This document shows positions 28,281 to 39,620 of a stretch of 64,000 nucleotides of DNA, piece after piece. The stretch's first letter is position 1, and every line of letters starts with the position of its first letter. Source of the DNA: Ruminococcaceae bacterium UBA7080 (lineage in GTDB: Bacteria; Bacillota; Clostridia; Oscillospirales; Acutalibacteraceae). Location: NCBI GenBank assembly GCA_002493595.1, contig DKZG01000014.1, positions 609 through 64,608 of the forward strand. Direction: 5' to 3'. A program made the translations under genes and the position numbers. The notes beneath the pieces were generated by a model, which was given only the letters and a program-made list of their open reading frames with translations, searched no databases and was not told the DNA's origin.

Positions 28281-29922
28281 TATTGAAAATATTGCTGTCA
28301 TCGAAAAAGCAAGTGTAGAATTTTCAGACGGACTTAATGTTCTTACAGGAGAAACAGGTGCCGGAAAATCCATCGTTGTTGACTCAATAAGCGCAATACT
28401 TGGTGAAAGAACATCAAAGGAAATTGTGCGATATGGCTGTGACAGTGCCTTTGTCAGTGCTTATTTCGAAGATATTTCCCAAACTGCTTTAAATAAGCTT
28501 GAGGAGCTGGGTTTTCAAAGTGAAGATGATCATTCACTTTTACTTACAAGAAAAATCAGCATTTCAGGAAAATCCGGGTGTAAAATCAATGGCAAAAGTG
28601 CGACAGTTTCTATGCTAAGAGAACTTGGAAGTGCGCTTGTTAATATTCACGGTCAGCATGACAGTCAGGAACTTTTAAATCCCGATTGTCAGTATAAATA
28701 TATCGATATGCTTTTTGACAATACTGCTGAACTTGAGGATTATAAAGAGTCGTTCAGAAATCTCATTGCTGTGCGCCGCCGTTTAAAATTTCTTGCTTCC
28801 GATGAAACAGATAAGGAGCGTTTGCTGGAGCTGCTTGATTATCAAATTAACGAGCTTGAAGCGGCAGATATCAAAATAGGTGAGCGCGACAGTCTTATAA
28901 AACGCAGAGAGCTTATTAATAAAAGCGAAGAACTCAATAGCGTAATACATTCTTCTTTACTTGCAATCAATGGTGATGAGGAGTTGGTCGGTGCACAGTC
29001 ACTTGTTAATGATTCTTGCAATTCACTTCTTGCATTTGATGAAGCAAAGACGGTTTCTGATATTTTATTGGATATTAATGATAAGTTGGAGGCTGCAAAG
29101 GACAAGCTTGAAGAGTTGAATTCTTTAGTGGATTTTAATCCGGAGGAGCTCGAGCAAATAGAAGAACGACTGGACTTGTTATACAGGTTTTCCAATAAAT
29201 ATGGAGCAACAGAAGAAGATATGCTGGAGTTTCTGAGTAACGCCAAAGAGAAAAGGGCTTCAATTGTTTATTCTGATGAAGAGCTTGAGCAGCTCAATAA
29301 TGAGTATGATTTGCTTTTTGAACAAACTGCAGAGCTGGCGCAGCGTCTGTCAGAAAAAAGAAAACAGGTTGCTGTAAAATTTGAAAAGGCTGTTAAAGAA
29401 GAACTAAGCTTTCTTGATATGCCTAAGCTCAGCTTTATTGTCAATTTTGATAGGGGAAAACTCTCTTCAAGTGGATTTGATAAAATTGAATTTTTGATTT
29501 CAACGAATCCGGGTGAACCACCTAAGCCGTTATCAAAAATTGCTTCCGGCGGTGAGCTTTCGAGAATAATGCTTGCAATTAAAAATATATTGTCGTACAA
29601 TGATACAATCGGTACTTTGGTGTTTGACGAAATAGATACCGGAGTCAGCGGAGGAGCCAGCCGCAAGATTGGCTTAAAGCTAAAAGCAGTATCAAAAAAT
29701 ACACAGGTAATATGTGTTACACATTCGGCACAAATTGCATCGAACGCTGACGAGCATTTTCTTATTCAAAAAGAATTTAGTGGAAACAGAACCTTTACCG
29801 GTGTTTCGCCCCTTGATTTTGATGGTAGAAAGAAAGAGCTTGCTCGTATTATGGGTGGTATTGAAATTACGGATACACTGCTTAACTCAGCTGAGGAGCT
29901 TCTTAACGCATCACAGAATTAA
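28264..29922 (+). CDS. recN: DNA repair protein RecN
   Basis: TGETGAGKS, IHGQH, ASGGELSR, FDEIDTGVSG, VICVTH. Confidence 0.97.
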   Translation: MLKTLDIENIAVIEKASVEFSDGLNVLTGETGAGKSIVVDSISAILGERTSKEIVRYGCDSAFVSAYFEDISQTALNKLEELGFQSEDDHSLLLTRKISISGKSGCKINGKSATVSMLRELGSALVNIHGQHDSQELLNPDCQYKYIDMLFDNTAELEDYKESFRNLIAVRRRLKFLASDETDKERLLELLDYQINELEAADIKIGERDSLIKRRELINKSEELNSVIHSSLLAINGDEELVGAQSLVNDSCNSLLAFDEAKTVSDILLDINDKLEAAKDKLEELNSLVDFNPEELEQIEERLDLLYRFSNKYGATEEDMLEFLSNAKEKRASIVYSDEELEQLNNEYDLLFEQTAELAQRLSEKRKQVAVKFEKAVKEELSFLDMPKLSFIVNFDRGKLSSSGFDKIEFLISTNPGEPPKPLSKIASGGELSRIMLAIKNILSYNDTIGTLVFDEIDTGVSGGASRKIGLKLKAVSKNTQVICVTHSAQIASNADEHFLIQKEFSGNRTFTGVSPLDFDGRKKELARIMGGIEITDTLLNSAEELLNASQN

Positions 29923-30033
29923 AAAAGATAAATGCTATACAAATTCATATTGAATAAAAAGTAAAGAGTGTCACTTGCGGCAAGTGACGGATTATTACTT
30001 TATCTTAATTAAACATTTAACGGAGGATTTTTT

Positions 30034-31254
30034 ATGGGAGTTTATGAAGAGTTGCAAGAAAGGGGTCTTATTGCCCAGGTAACTGACGAAAATGAAATCA
30101 GAGATTTGGTAAATGCAGGAAAGGCTGTATTTTATATTGGTTTTGATCCTACAGCTGACAGCTTGCATGTAGGCCATTTTATGGCACTTTGCCTTATGAA
30201 GCGACTTCAGATGGCAGGCAATAAGCCGATTGCTCTTATCGGCGGCGGTACCGGTATGATAGGTGATCCAAGCGGAAAAACCGATATGCGAAAAATGATG
30301 ACACCTGAAACTATACAGCATAACTGCGATTGTTTTAAAAAACAGATGTCAAAATTCATTGACTTTTCAGACAATAAGGCACTTATGGTGAATAATGCCG
30401 ATTGGCTCTTGGATTTGAATTATATTGATGTTTTGCGCGAGGTCGGTGCTTGCTTCAGTGTTAACAGAATGCTTTCCTTTGAATGCTATAAACAAAGAAT
30501 GGAAAGGGGTCTTTCTTTTCTTGAATTTAATTATATGATTATGCAAAGCTATGATTTCTACACGTTGTATAAAAAGTATGGCTGTAACTTGCAGTTCGGC
30601 GGTGATGATCAGTGGTCAAATATGATTGGCGGTATGGAGCTTATCAGGCGTAAGCTTTCGGGAAATGCAAATGCAATGACCATTACTCTTCTTACAAATT
30701 CAGAAGGCAAAAAAATGGGCAAAACAGAAAAAGGTGCTGTTTGGCTTGATGCTGAAAAAACCTCTCCATATGATTTTTATCAGTATTGGCGCAATGTAGG
30801 TGATGAAGATGTTATTAAGTGTATGAAGCTCTTAACCTTTATCCCTATGGAGCAAATCAGAGAGTATGAGAAATTTGAGGGTGCACAGTTGAATACAGCT
30901 AAAGAAGTGCTTGCATTTGAACTTACTAAGATGATACACGGTCAAGAAGAGGCTGCAAAAGCACAGCAGGCTGCAAAAGCACTTTTTGCAGGCGGAAGCG
31001 ATAATTCAAATATGCCTACTACGCAGCTTAGCGAGGATGATTTTACAGACGGAGAAATCACTGTGCTTGATATGATGCTTAAAGCAGGTATGATAAAATC
31101 GAAAGGTGAGGGCAGACGACTTATTGACCAGGGTGGCGTAAGTGTTAATGATGAAAAAATCAGCGGTGCTTTAACTGCTCTTAAACTTGATGATTTTAAT
31201 GAAGAAATAATCGTAAAAAAAGGCAAAAAAATGTTTAGAAAATTTACAAAGTAA
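30034..31254 (+). CDS. tyrS: Tyrosine-tRNA ligase
   Basis: [29 protein letters not shown]-terminal S4 domain. Confidence 0.97.
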   Translation: MGVYEELQERGLIAQVTDENEIRDLVNAGKAVFYIGFDPTADSLHVGHFMALCLMKRLQMAGNKPIALIGGGTGMIGDPSGKTDMRKMMTPETIQHNCDCFKKQMSKFIDFSDNKALMVNNADWLLDLNYIDVLREVGACFSVNRMLSFECYKQRMERGLSFLEFNYMIMQSYDFYTLYKKYGCNLQFGGDDQWSNMIGGMELIRRKLSGNANAMTITLLTNSEGKKMGKTEKGAVWLDAEKTSPYDFYQYWRNVGDEDVIKCMKLLTFIPMEQIREYEKFEGAQLNTAKEVLAFELTKMIHGQEEAAKAQQAAKALFAGGSDNSNMPTTQLSEDDFTDGEITVLDMMLKAGMIKSKGEGRRLIDQGGVSVNDEKISGALTALKLDDFNEEIIVKKGKKMFRKFTK

Positions 31255-31263
31255 TTCTTCTTT

Positions 31264-31291
31264 GACGGACAGTTATCTGTCCGTCTTTTTT
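31264..31291 (+). terminator. Intrinsic terminator after tyrS
   Basis: GACGGACAG-ttat-CTGTCCGTC followed by a T run. Confidence 0.9.
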
Positions 31292-31302
31292 ATATATCTT
31301 TA

Positions 31303-31331
31303 TTGATTAATTACAATAGATGTGATAAACT
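31303..31331 (+). promoter_or_regulatory. sigmaA promoter of the ligA cluster
   Basis: TTGATT-N17-TAAACT with TG extension. Confidence 0.6.
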
Positions 31332-31338
31332 AAAATGA

Positions 31339-33330
<1,992 letters not shown>

Positions 33331-33353
33331 TTCAAAAGAAGGGCATCTGATTT

Positions 33354-34190
33354 ATGAAAGAGTTCAGAAAAAAACAAAAACGTCTTTACGCTTTTATGAA
33401 GGCACTGATTATAGTTGCTGCTATTTGTATTTTTATTTTTATAGGAATTAAACCTGCAGTTGCACAAGTAAGTACGGTCGCTGTAATGGTATGCAATTAT
33501 ACTTGTGATTTTTTGATTCTATCGGCAATGGCAGTTCTTTTTATCTATTATTCAAAATATGGAAAGAGTGATGCATTTTTAACTTCTGTTGAAAATGAGC
33601 TTTCGGATGCCGGATACTATCTTACATCACGTGCAGAAAATACACAGAATGATTATGTAAATGCAGTTATACTTGATTTACAAAACTGCGGATATTCTGT
33701 TAATCGGAATGTAGAAATTAATGAGCTTGAATTTGATTTTAAAGCTGAGAACAGAAAAGAATTTTTTTACTGCATAAAAACCGATAATGCAGATAAAAAT
33801 GATATTCTTGCTTATCTGGATTCTGTTATTTATGATATAACGGTAAAAAACCTGAAGCGAAAAGGCAATGCTGTAATTTGCTTTGTAACAGATAAAGCTG
33901 AGGACGAAGCCATTGCATTAAGTAAAATGATTACACCGCTTGGTAAAAAGGAGCAAATTAAAATTGCTGTTGCTGTTTGTGAGTTATCCAGCAGAAGAGT
34001 TTATTTTCTCGGTAATATTAAAACAAAGTGCCAGCAGATGATTGCTAATTTTGTCATGAACTGTGATGTGCCGATTAAAGAACAGTACATAGGCAAAGAG
34101 AGGCTGCCCTTTCAGGTTGAACTGGAAGAGCATATGAAATCTTTTAATATTAAAGATTTTAAAGCCGGCAATTTTTATGCACATGAATAA
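33354..34190 (+). CDS. Hypothetical protein: 2 N-terminal TM helices + restriction-endonuclease-like fold domain
   Basis: Two hydrophobic helices, then DLQNCGYSVNRNVEINELEFDFKAE...FFYCIK. Good spacing and RBS between ligA and murD. Fold call by eye only. Confidence 0.6.
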   Translation: MKEFRKKQKRLYAFMKALIIVAAICIFIFIGIKPAVAQVSTVAVMVCNYTCDFLILSAMAVLFIYYSKYGKSDAFLTSVENELSDAGYYLTSRAENTQNDYVNAVILDLQNCGYSVNRNVEINELEFDFKAENRKEFFYCIKTDNADKNDILAYLDSVIYDITVKNLKRKGNAVICFVTDKAEDEAIALSKMITPLGKKEQIKIAVAVCELSSRRVYFLGNIKTKCQQMIANFVMNCDVPIKEQYIGKERLPFQVELEEHMKSFNIKDFKAGNFYAHE

Positions 34191-34199
34191 GGAGTAAAT

Positions 34200-35630
34200 A
34201 TGAATAACAAAGCAAAATCTTATTTTGAAAATTTGAAAAGTAAAAAAGTTGCCTTTGTCGGAATGGGTGTGGCTAATGTGCCATGTGCAGAGTTCCTTGC
34301 ACAGCAGGGTATTGAGGTTTACGCTTGTGACAGACGGGATAAAGAATATATAGGGGTCGAAATATGCCAAAGACTTGAATCACTTGGTGTAAACTTCTCT
34401 TTAGGTGAGAATTATCTGGATATTTTGCCTGATATGGATTTGGTATTTCGTTCACATGGGATACTTCCGTTTCAGAATCCATGGATAGGGGAATGCATTG
34501 AACGCGGCCAAACAGTTACAACAGAAATGGAAGTATTTTTTAAGCTTTGTCCATCAAAAATCATCGCTGTTACAGGTTCAAACGGCAAAACTACTACAAC
34601 AACACTTATATCTGAAATGCTTAAGCAGCAGGGCTATAACGTATATCTCGGCGGAAACATCGGCAAAGCGCTTATGCCGGAGCTTGAAACGATTTGCGAA
34701 AATGATATTGCAGTTGTTGAATTGTCATCGTTCCAGCTTCTGACAATGGGTAATTTGCAGAATACGCCCGACATTGCGGTTGTAACAAATATCGAATGTA
34801 CGCATCAGGATCATCATATCAGTCTTGATGAATATGTTGATGCAAAGAGAAATATTTTAATTTATCAGAATTCTGATTGTATTACTGTTCTTAATGCTGA
34901 TTGTGATTATTCAATCGGGAATAGGGTTTATCACGATATGAGATATGATGTCAGAGGCGAACTGTGTGAGTTTTCAGTCAGCCATCCTGTAATCAAAGGT
35001 GCATATATGAAAGAGAGCGGTGAAATTGTTTATACAAATCATGGTGAAGAAACGTTTGTTATGAACAGGGATGATATTATCCTTCCCGGTATGCATAATA
35101 TTGAAAATTATTGTACGGCAATCAGTGCACTCTGGAATATTGTTGAACCTGATAATATGTTAAAAGTTGCCAAACAATTCGGCGGTGTTGAACATAGGAT
35201 TGAATTTGTGCGTGAATTTGACGGTGTAAAATATTATAACGATTCTATCGCAACATCACCATCTCGTGTCATAAGCGGACTCAGAGCCTTTGGCAGAAAG
35301 ATTATTGTAATTATGGGCGGTTCCGATAAAGGAAATGATATAAGCGAAATGGTGCCGGATATACTTCAATATGTGAAGCTTCTTGTTTTAAACGGAGCTA
35401 CAGCCGATAAAATTTATAACACCATTATAGGCAGCAGTGAATATAAAAACAGTGATATAAATATAATAAAAACCGATACACTTGAAAATGCTTTATATGC
35501 AGCAAAACAAAATGCAGAGAACGGCGATATTGTTTCACTTTGTCCGGCATGTCCTGCATTTGATCAGTTTAAAACGTTTGAATACAGAGGCAGAAAATTT
35601 AAAGAACTTGTGAATGGATTTGATAAATGA
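34200..35630 (+). CDS. murD: UDP-N-acetylmuramoyl-L-alanine-D-glutamate ligase
   Basis: AVTGSNGKTTTT, GGNIG, ELSSFQL, HRIEFV, YNDSIAT, CPACPAFDQF..FEYRG. Confidence 0.88.
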   Translation: MNNKAKSYFENLKSKKVAFVGMGVANVPCAEFLAQQGIEVYACDRRDKEYIGVEICQRLESLGVNFSLGENYLDILPDMDLVFRSHGILPFQNPWIGECIERGQTVTTEMEVFFKLCPSKIIAVTGSNGKTTTTTLISEMLKQQGYNVYLGGNIGKALMPELETICENDIAVVELSSFQLLTMGNLQNTPDIAVVTNIECTHQDHHISLDEYVDAKRNILIYQNSDCITVLNADCDYSIGNRVYHDMRYDVRGELCEFSVSHPVIKGAYMKESGEIVYTNHGEETFVMNRDDIILPGMHNIENYCTAISALWNIVEPDNMLKVAKQFGGVEHRIEFVREFDGVKYYNDSIATSPSRVISGLRAFGRKIIVIMGGSDKGNDISEMVPDILQYVKLLVLNGATADKIYNTIIGSSEYKNSDINIIKTDTLENALYAAKQNAENGDIVSLCPACPAFDQFKTFEYRGRKFKELVNGFDK

Positions 35631-36652
35631 TGAAAACAAATACACTTGAATTAATAAAAGAGCTGACACAGCCTGTAGGTGTATCCGGAAAAGAAGAAAA
35701 TATTGCTTTGCTTTTAAAAGAAAAATTGCTGCCTTATGGTGATGTTTCAATAGATTCTATGAACAATGTATGCTGCACATTCGGTGAAGGTTATCATTTT
35801 CTTTTAGATGCACATATTGATGAAATCGGAATGATTGTAACAGATATTACGGATGACGGATTTATAAAAATGTCAGCCTGCGGTGGAATTGACACTCGCT
35901 TTCTGCCTGCAATGGAAGTTTCAATATGGGGCACAAAGGAAATAAAGGGCATAATATCTACCCTTCCGCCGCATTTGCAGACTGCTAATGATGAAAAAAA
36001 ATCCCCTAAACTCTCTGACCTCTCAATAGATACCGGTATGAAAAAGCAGGAGCTTGAAAACTTTGTTTCGCTTGGTGACAGAATTACGTTTAAGCGTAAT
36101 TTTACACCGCTTCTTAATGGTCTTGTATCCTCATCCTGTCTTGATGACAGGGCAGGTGTTGCAGCCATACTGCTTTCTCTTGAGGAATTGAAAAAATTGC
36201 CATGCAAGATTACGGTTATGTTTTCGTCTCAGGAGGAAGTCGGCACCAGGGGAGCAAAAACAGGCGCATGGAGCAAAAATTGTGATGAAGCTATAGTTGT
36301 AGATGTTTCATTCGCCTTAACCCCGGGCTGTGATAAGTCCGACTGCGGTGAAATTTCAAAAGGCGCAATGATCGGGTTTTCACCTACTATTGATGCTGAT
36401 ATATCAAAGCAGCTTGTAAATATAGCAAAAATGAAAGCTATCCCATATCAGTGTGAGATTATGTCAGGCAGAACCGGAACAAATGCCGATGTTATTGCCG
36501 TTTGTGAAAAGGGCATAAAAACGGCTCTTATTTCAATTCCTGAAAAGTATATGCATCAAAGAGTTGAAGTTGTCGATATTGAAGATGTCGAAAATGTTTC
36601 AAAACTGATATGTGCTTATATTTCAGAAAGGAGCAACGAAATAAATGCTTAA
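35627..36652 (+). CDS. M42 family metallo-aminopeptidase (paralog 1)
   Basis: AHIDEIG, LDDRAG, QEEVG, VDV, YMH metal ligands. Confidence 0.88.
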   Translation: MMKTNTLELIKELTQPVGVSGKEENIALLLKEKLLPYGDVSIDSMNNVCCTFGEGYHFLLDAHIDEIGMIVTDITDDGFIKMSACGGIDTRFLPAMEVSIWGTKEIKGIISTLPPHLQTANDEKKSPKLSDLSIDTGMKKQELENFVSLGDRITFKRNFTPLLNGLVSSSCLDDRAGVAAILLSLEELKKLPCKITVMFSSQEEVGTRGAKTGAWSKNCDEAIVVDVSFALTPGCDKSDCGEISKGAMIGFSPTIDADISKQLVNIAKMKAIPYQCEIMSGRTGTNADVIAVCEKGIKTALISIPEKYMHQRVEVVDIEDVENVSKLICAYISERSNEINA

Positions 36653-37646
36653 AACACTTTGCAGTCTTAACGGCACCTCCGGTGATGAGAAAAATGTAAG
36701 AGAATATATTCTTAATGAAATAAAAGATTATTGCGAGTACACGGTTGATAATCTCGGCTCCGTTATTGCTTTTAAAAAGGGTAATAATATACCTGCAAAA
36801 AAAGTTATGTTCTCAGCACATATGGACGAGGTTGGATTTATTATAACCGATATAGATGAGAACGGATATCTGTCCTTTCGTACAGTGGGAGGTATAGATA
36901 ATAAAGTAATAGCCGACAGGGTTGTGACCGTAAATTCAGTCAATGGCGTTATCGGTTTAAAACCTGTTCATATGCTGGAAAAGGATCAAAAAGAAACTGC
37001 ACCTGATATTAAGTTAATGAAAATTGATATAGGTGCTAACAGTAAAGAGGATGCACTGCAATATGTTCATCCGGGTGACTATGCTTATTTTAAATCCGAT
37101 TATTGTGAATTTGGTAATGGTTATATCAAATCAAAAGCACTGGATGATCGAATCGGCTGCATGCTTTTAATTGAACTAATTAAATCTGATTTGGATTATG
37201 ATACTTATTTTTGTTTTAATGTTCAGGAAGAGGTAGGTTTGCGAGGTGCTATGTGCACATCGTATGCAGTTCAAAGTGACATCTCAATCGTACTTGAAGC
37301 GACAACAGCGGCAGATTTGTGCAGTGTCACCGGCGGGGACAGAGTATGTGTTCTGGGCAATGGCGGCGTAGTTTCCTTTATGGACGGAAGAACAATTTAT
37401 GATAATTCACTTTATCGTTTGGCAATGAAGACGGCAAAAGACAATAATATTAAGGTTCAAACAAAAACGGCAATTGCCGGCGGAAATGATGCCGGTGCAA
37501 TTCAAAGCAGCGGAAAGGGAAGTCGTGTTCTTGCTGTTTCTTTACCTTGCAGATATATTCACTCGGCAGCGAGCGTTGTAAAGGAATCCGATATTTGTGA
37601 AACAAAAAGACTTTTAAAGGCACTTTTACCAAAACTATATGATTGA
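36645..37646 (+). CDS. M42 family metallo-aminopeptidase (paralog 2)
   Basis: AHMDEVG, KALDDRIG, VQEEVGLRGA, LEAT, GGNDAG, RYIH. Confidence 0.9.
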   Translation: MLKTLCSLNGTSGDEKNVREYILNEIKDYCEYTVDNLGSVIAFKKGNNIPAKKVMFSAHMDEVGFIITDIDENGYLSFRTVGGIDNKVIADRVVTVNSVNGVIGLKPVHMLEKDQKETAPDIKLMKIDIGANSKEDALQYVHPGDYAYFKSDYCEFGNGYIKSKALDDRIGCMLLIELIKSDLDYDTYFCFNVQEEVGLRGAMCTSYAVQSDISIVLEATTAADLCSVTGGDRVCVLGNGGVVSFMDGRTIYDNSLYRLAMKTAKDNNIKVQTKTAIAGGNDAGAIQSSGKGSRVLAVSLPCRYIHSAASVVKESDICETKRLLKALLPKLYD

Positions 37647-38361
37647 AAAAATTAATGATATAAATCAGCTTGTTGGTTTTTTTAAAGATGATATTTATTA
37701 TATAAGAATTATGTCCCTCATAAAGGCCTATGGCTGCAGCTACGATTTTGCTGTCTTTTATATGCAGATAGATGACAACAACAGAATAACAGCCATAATT
37801 TCAAGACTTGACGGGGATTTTACATTATGCTTCCATGATGAAAGCGACTTGGACGAGCTTGTACAATTTTTTACTTTGGCCGGATTTTCTGCTTTGTTGG
37901 CAGACAGCAGCTTTGTTTTGCCCAGTCCGTATGATGAAGGTATTGTTATGAGATCGTGTAAAAAAGTTGAATTTCCGGTGCAATATACACAAATTGACAG
38001 ATTTCCCAAATTGATGGAGCTGTATAATTTTGTTGATTATGATACGCTTGATTTTGAAGCTTGGTATGTTGATATAAGCCATCGCATCCGCCATGACTGT
38101 GCGCGTGCTTATACACTCAATATCAACGGTGAAATTATATCAAGCGGTATTTTCTCATCCATTTATAATGGTGACGTGATTCTGTCTGCTGTTCGTACAT
38201 CGCCTGAATTCAGACACCTTGGTTATGCTTCGCAGCTTATCAGCGAGATGATGAGTGATATTACCGGTCGGGTTTATTTAATGCGCGAGCAGTCCTTAAA
38301 TGAGAGCTTTTATAAAAAGCTTGGCTTTGAAAATATAGGAAATTGGAGAATGTATAAATGA
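37639..38361 (+). CDS. GNAT family acetyltransferase
   Basis: C-terminal VRTSPEFRHLGYASQL...FYKKLGF acetyl-CoA motifs. Confidence 0.85.
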   Translation: MIEKINDINQLVGFFKDDIYYIRIMSLIKAYGCSYDFAVFYMQIDDNNRITAIISRLDGDFTLCFHDESDLDELVQFFTLAGFSALLADSSFVLPSPYDEGIVMRSCKKVEFPVQYTQIDRFPKLMELYNFVDYDTLDFEAWYVDISHRIRHDCARAYTLNINGEIISSGIFSSIYNGDVILSAVRTSPEFRHLGYASQLISEMMSDITGRVYLMREQSLNESFYKKLGFENIGNWRMYK

Positions 38362-39620
38362 TACCTTTTTTTAAAATAAGTGAAAGAATTGAAGTGGCTT
38401 CACAAAAAGCATTAAAACTTTGCGAAGAACAGTTTAACTACATAAATCATGTTACTGAATTTAATCAGCTTAAAGTTCAAAAGGCGTTTATTGATAATGG
38501 TGTTTCCGAAAGTCATTTCAATTCAAGTACGGGATATGGTTACAATGACCGTGGCAGAGATACATTAGATAAGGTATGGGCACAGGTTTTCGGTACGGAA
38601 GATGCAATAGTAAGACATAATTTTACCTGTGGAACGCATACCCTTGCTACTGCACTTTTCGGCGTTTTGAGACCGGGAAATAAAATGCTTTGTGTTACAG
38701 GCACCCCTTATGACACGATTCACAGCGTCATAGGCATAAGCGGTGAGGGGATGGGCTCCCTTAAAGATTTCCAAATAGAATATGAGCAGGTTCCTTTAAA
38801 GAATGATCGCCTTGACTATGATGCCATTGAAAAGTCTGTCGACAGCAGTGTTACCATGGTTTATATTCAGCGAAGCAGGGGATATGAGCTTCGTCCCAGT
38901 CTCAGTGTTGAAGAGATTGAAAGAGTTTGTGAAATATCAAAGAAAAAGAATCCCAATGTAATCGTAATGGTTGACAATTGCTATGGCGAATTCACAGAAA
39001 AACGAGAGCCCGGAGAAGTGGGAGCCGATTTAATTGCAGGTTCGCTTATCAAAAATGCCGGCGGCGGTATTGCATCTACCGGCGGATATATTGCCGGTAA
39101 AAAGGAGCTTGTAGAAAAATGTGCCTACAGACTGACTACACCCGGTCTCGGTAAAGAGGTAGGTGCAACACTCGGACATAACAGGGAACTTTATATGGGA
39201 CTTTTCTTTGCACCGCATACTGTTGGAGAGGCTCTTAAAAGTTCAGTTTTTATATCGGCTTTATTTGAGTCTTTTGGTTATAAAGTAACACCAAGATATC
39301 ATGAAATCAGACACGACATTGTTCAGTCATTAGGACTTGAAAATGAAGAAAGTCTTGTAGCTTTTTGTCAGGGAATTCAAAGCGGAAGTCCTATTGACAG
39401 CTTTGTTTCACCTGTTCCGTGGGATATGCCGGGATATGACAGTAAAGTTGTTATGGCTGCAGGAGCTTTTACATTGGGGTCTTCTATTGAATTGTCTGCC
39501 GACGCTCCTATAAGAGAGCCGTTTTACGCATGGATACAAGGAGGTCTTAATTTTCACAGTGCAAAGATTTGTGCACTTCTTGCAGCACAGCAGATGGAAG
39601 ATAAGGGGTTATTAAAATGA
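38358..39620 (+). CDS. Methionine gamma-lyase family PLP enzyme (YnbB / 'aluminium resistance' family)
   Basis: STGYGYNDRGRD, VTGTPYDT, QRSRGY, VDNCYGEF, AGSLIKNAGGG, MAAGAF. Confidence 0.9.
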   Translation: MIPFFKISERIEVASQKALKLCEEQFNYINHVTEFNQLKVQKAFIDNGVSESHFNSSTGYGYNDRGRDTLDKVWAQVFGTEDAIVRHNFTCGTHTLATALFGVLRPGNKMLCVTGTPYDTIHSVIGISGEGMGSLKDFQIEYEQVPLKNDRLDYDAIEKSVDSSVTMVYIQRSRGYELRPSLSVEEIERVCEISKKKNPNVIVMVDNCYGEFTEKREPGEVGADLIAGSLIKNAGGGIASTGGYIAGKKELVEKCAYRLTTPGLGKEVGATLGHNRELYMGLFFAPHTVGEALKSSVFISALFESFGYKVTPRYHEIRHDIVQSLGLENEESLVAFCQGIQSGSPIDSFVSPVPWDMPGYDSKVVMAAGAFTLGSSIELSADAPIREPFYAWIQGGLNFHSAKICALLAAQQMEDKGLLK

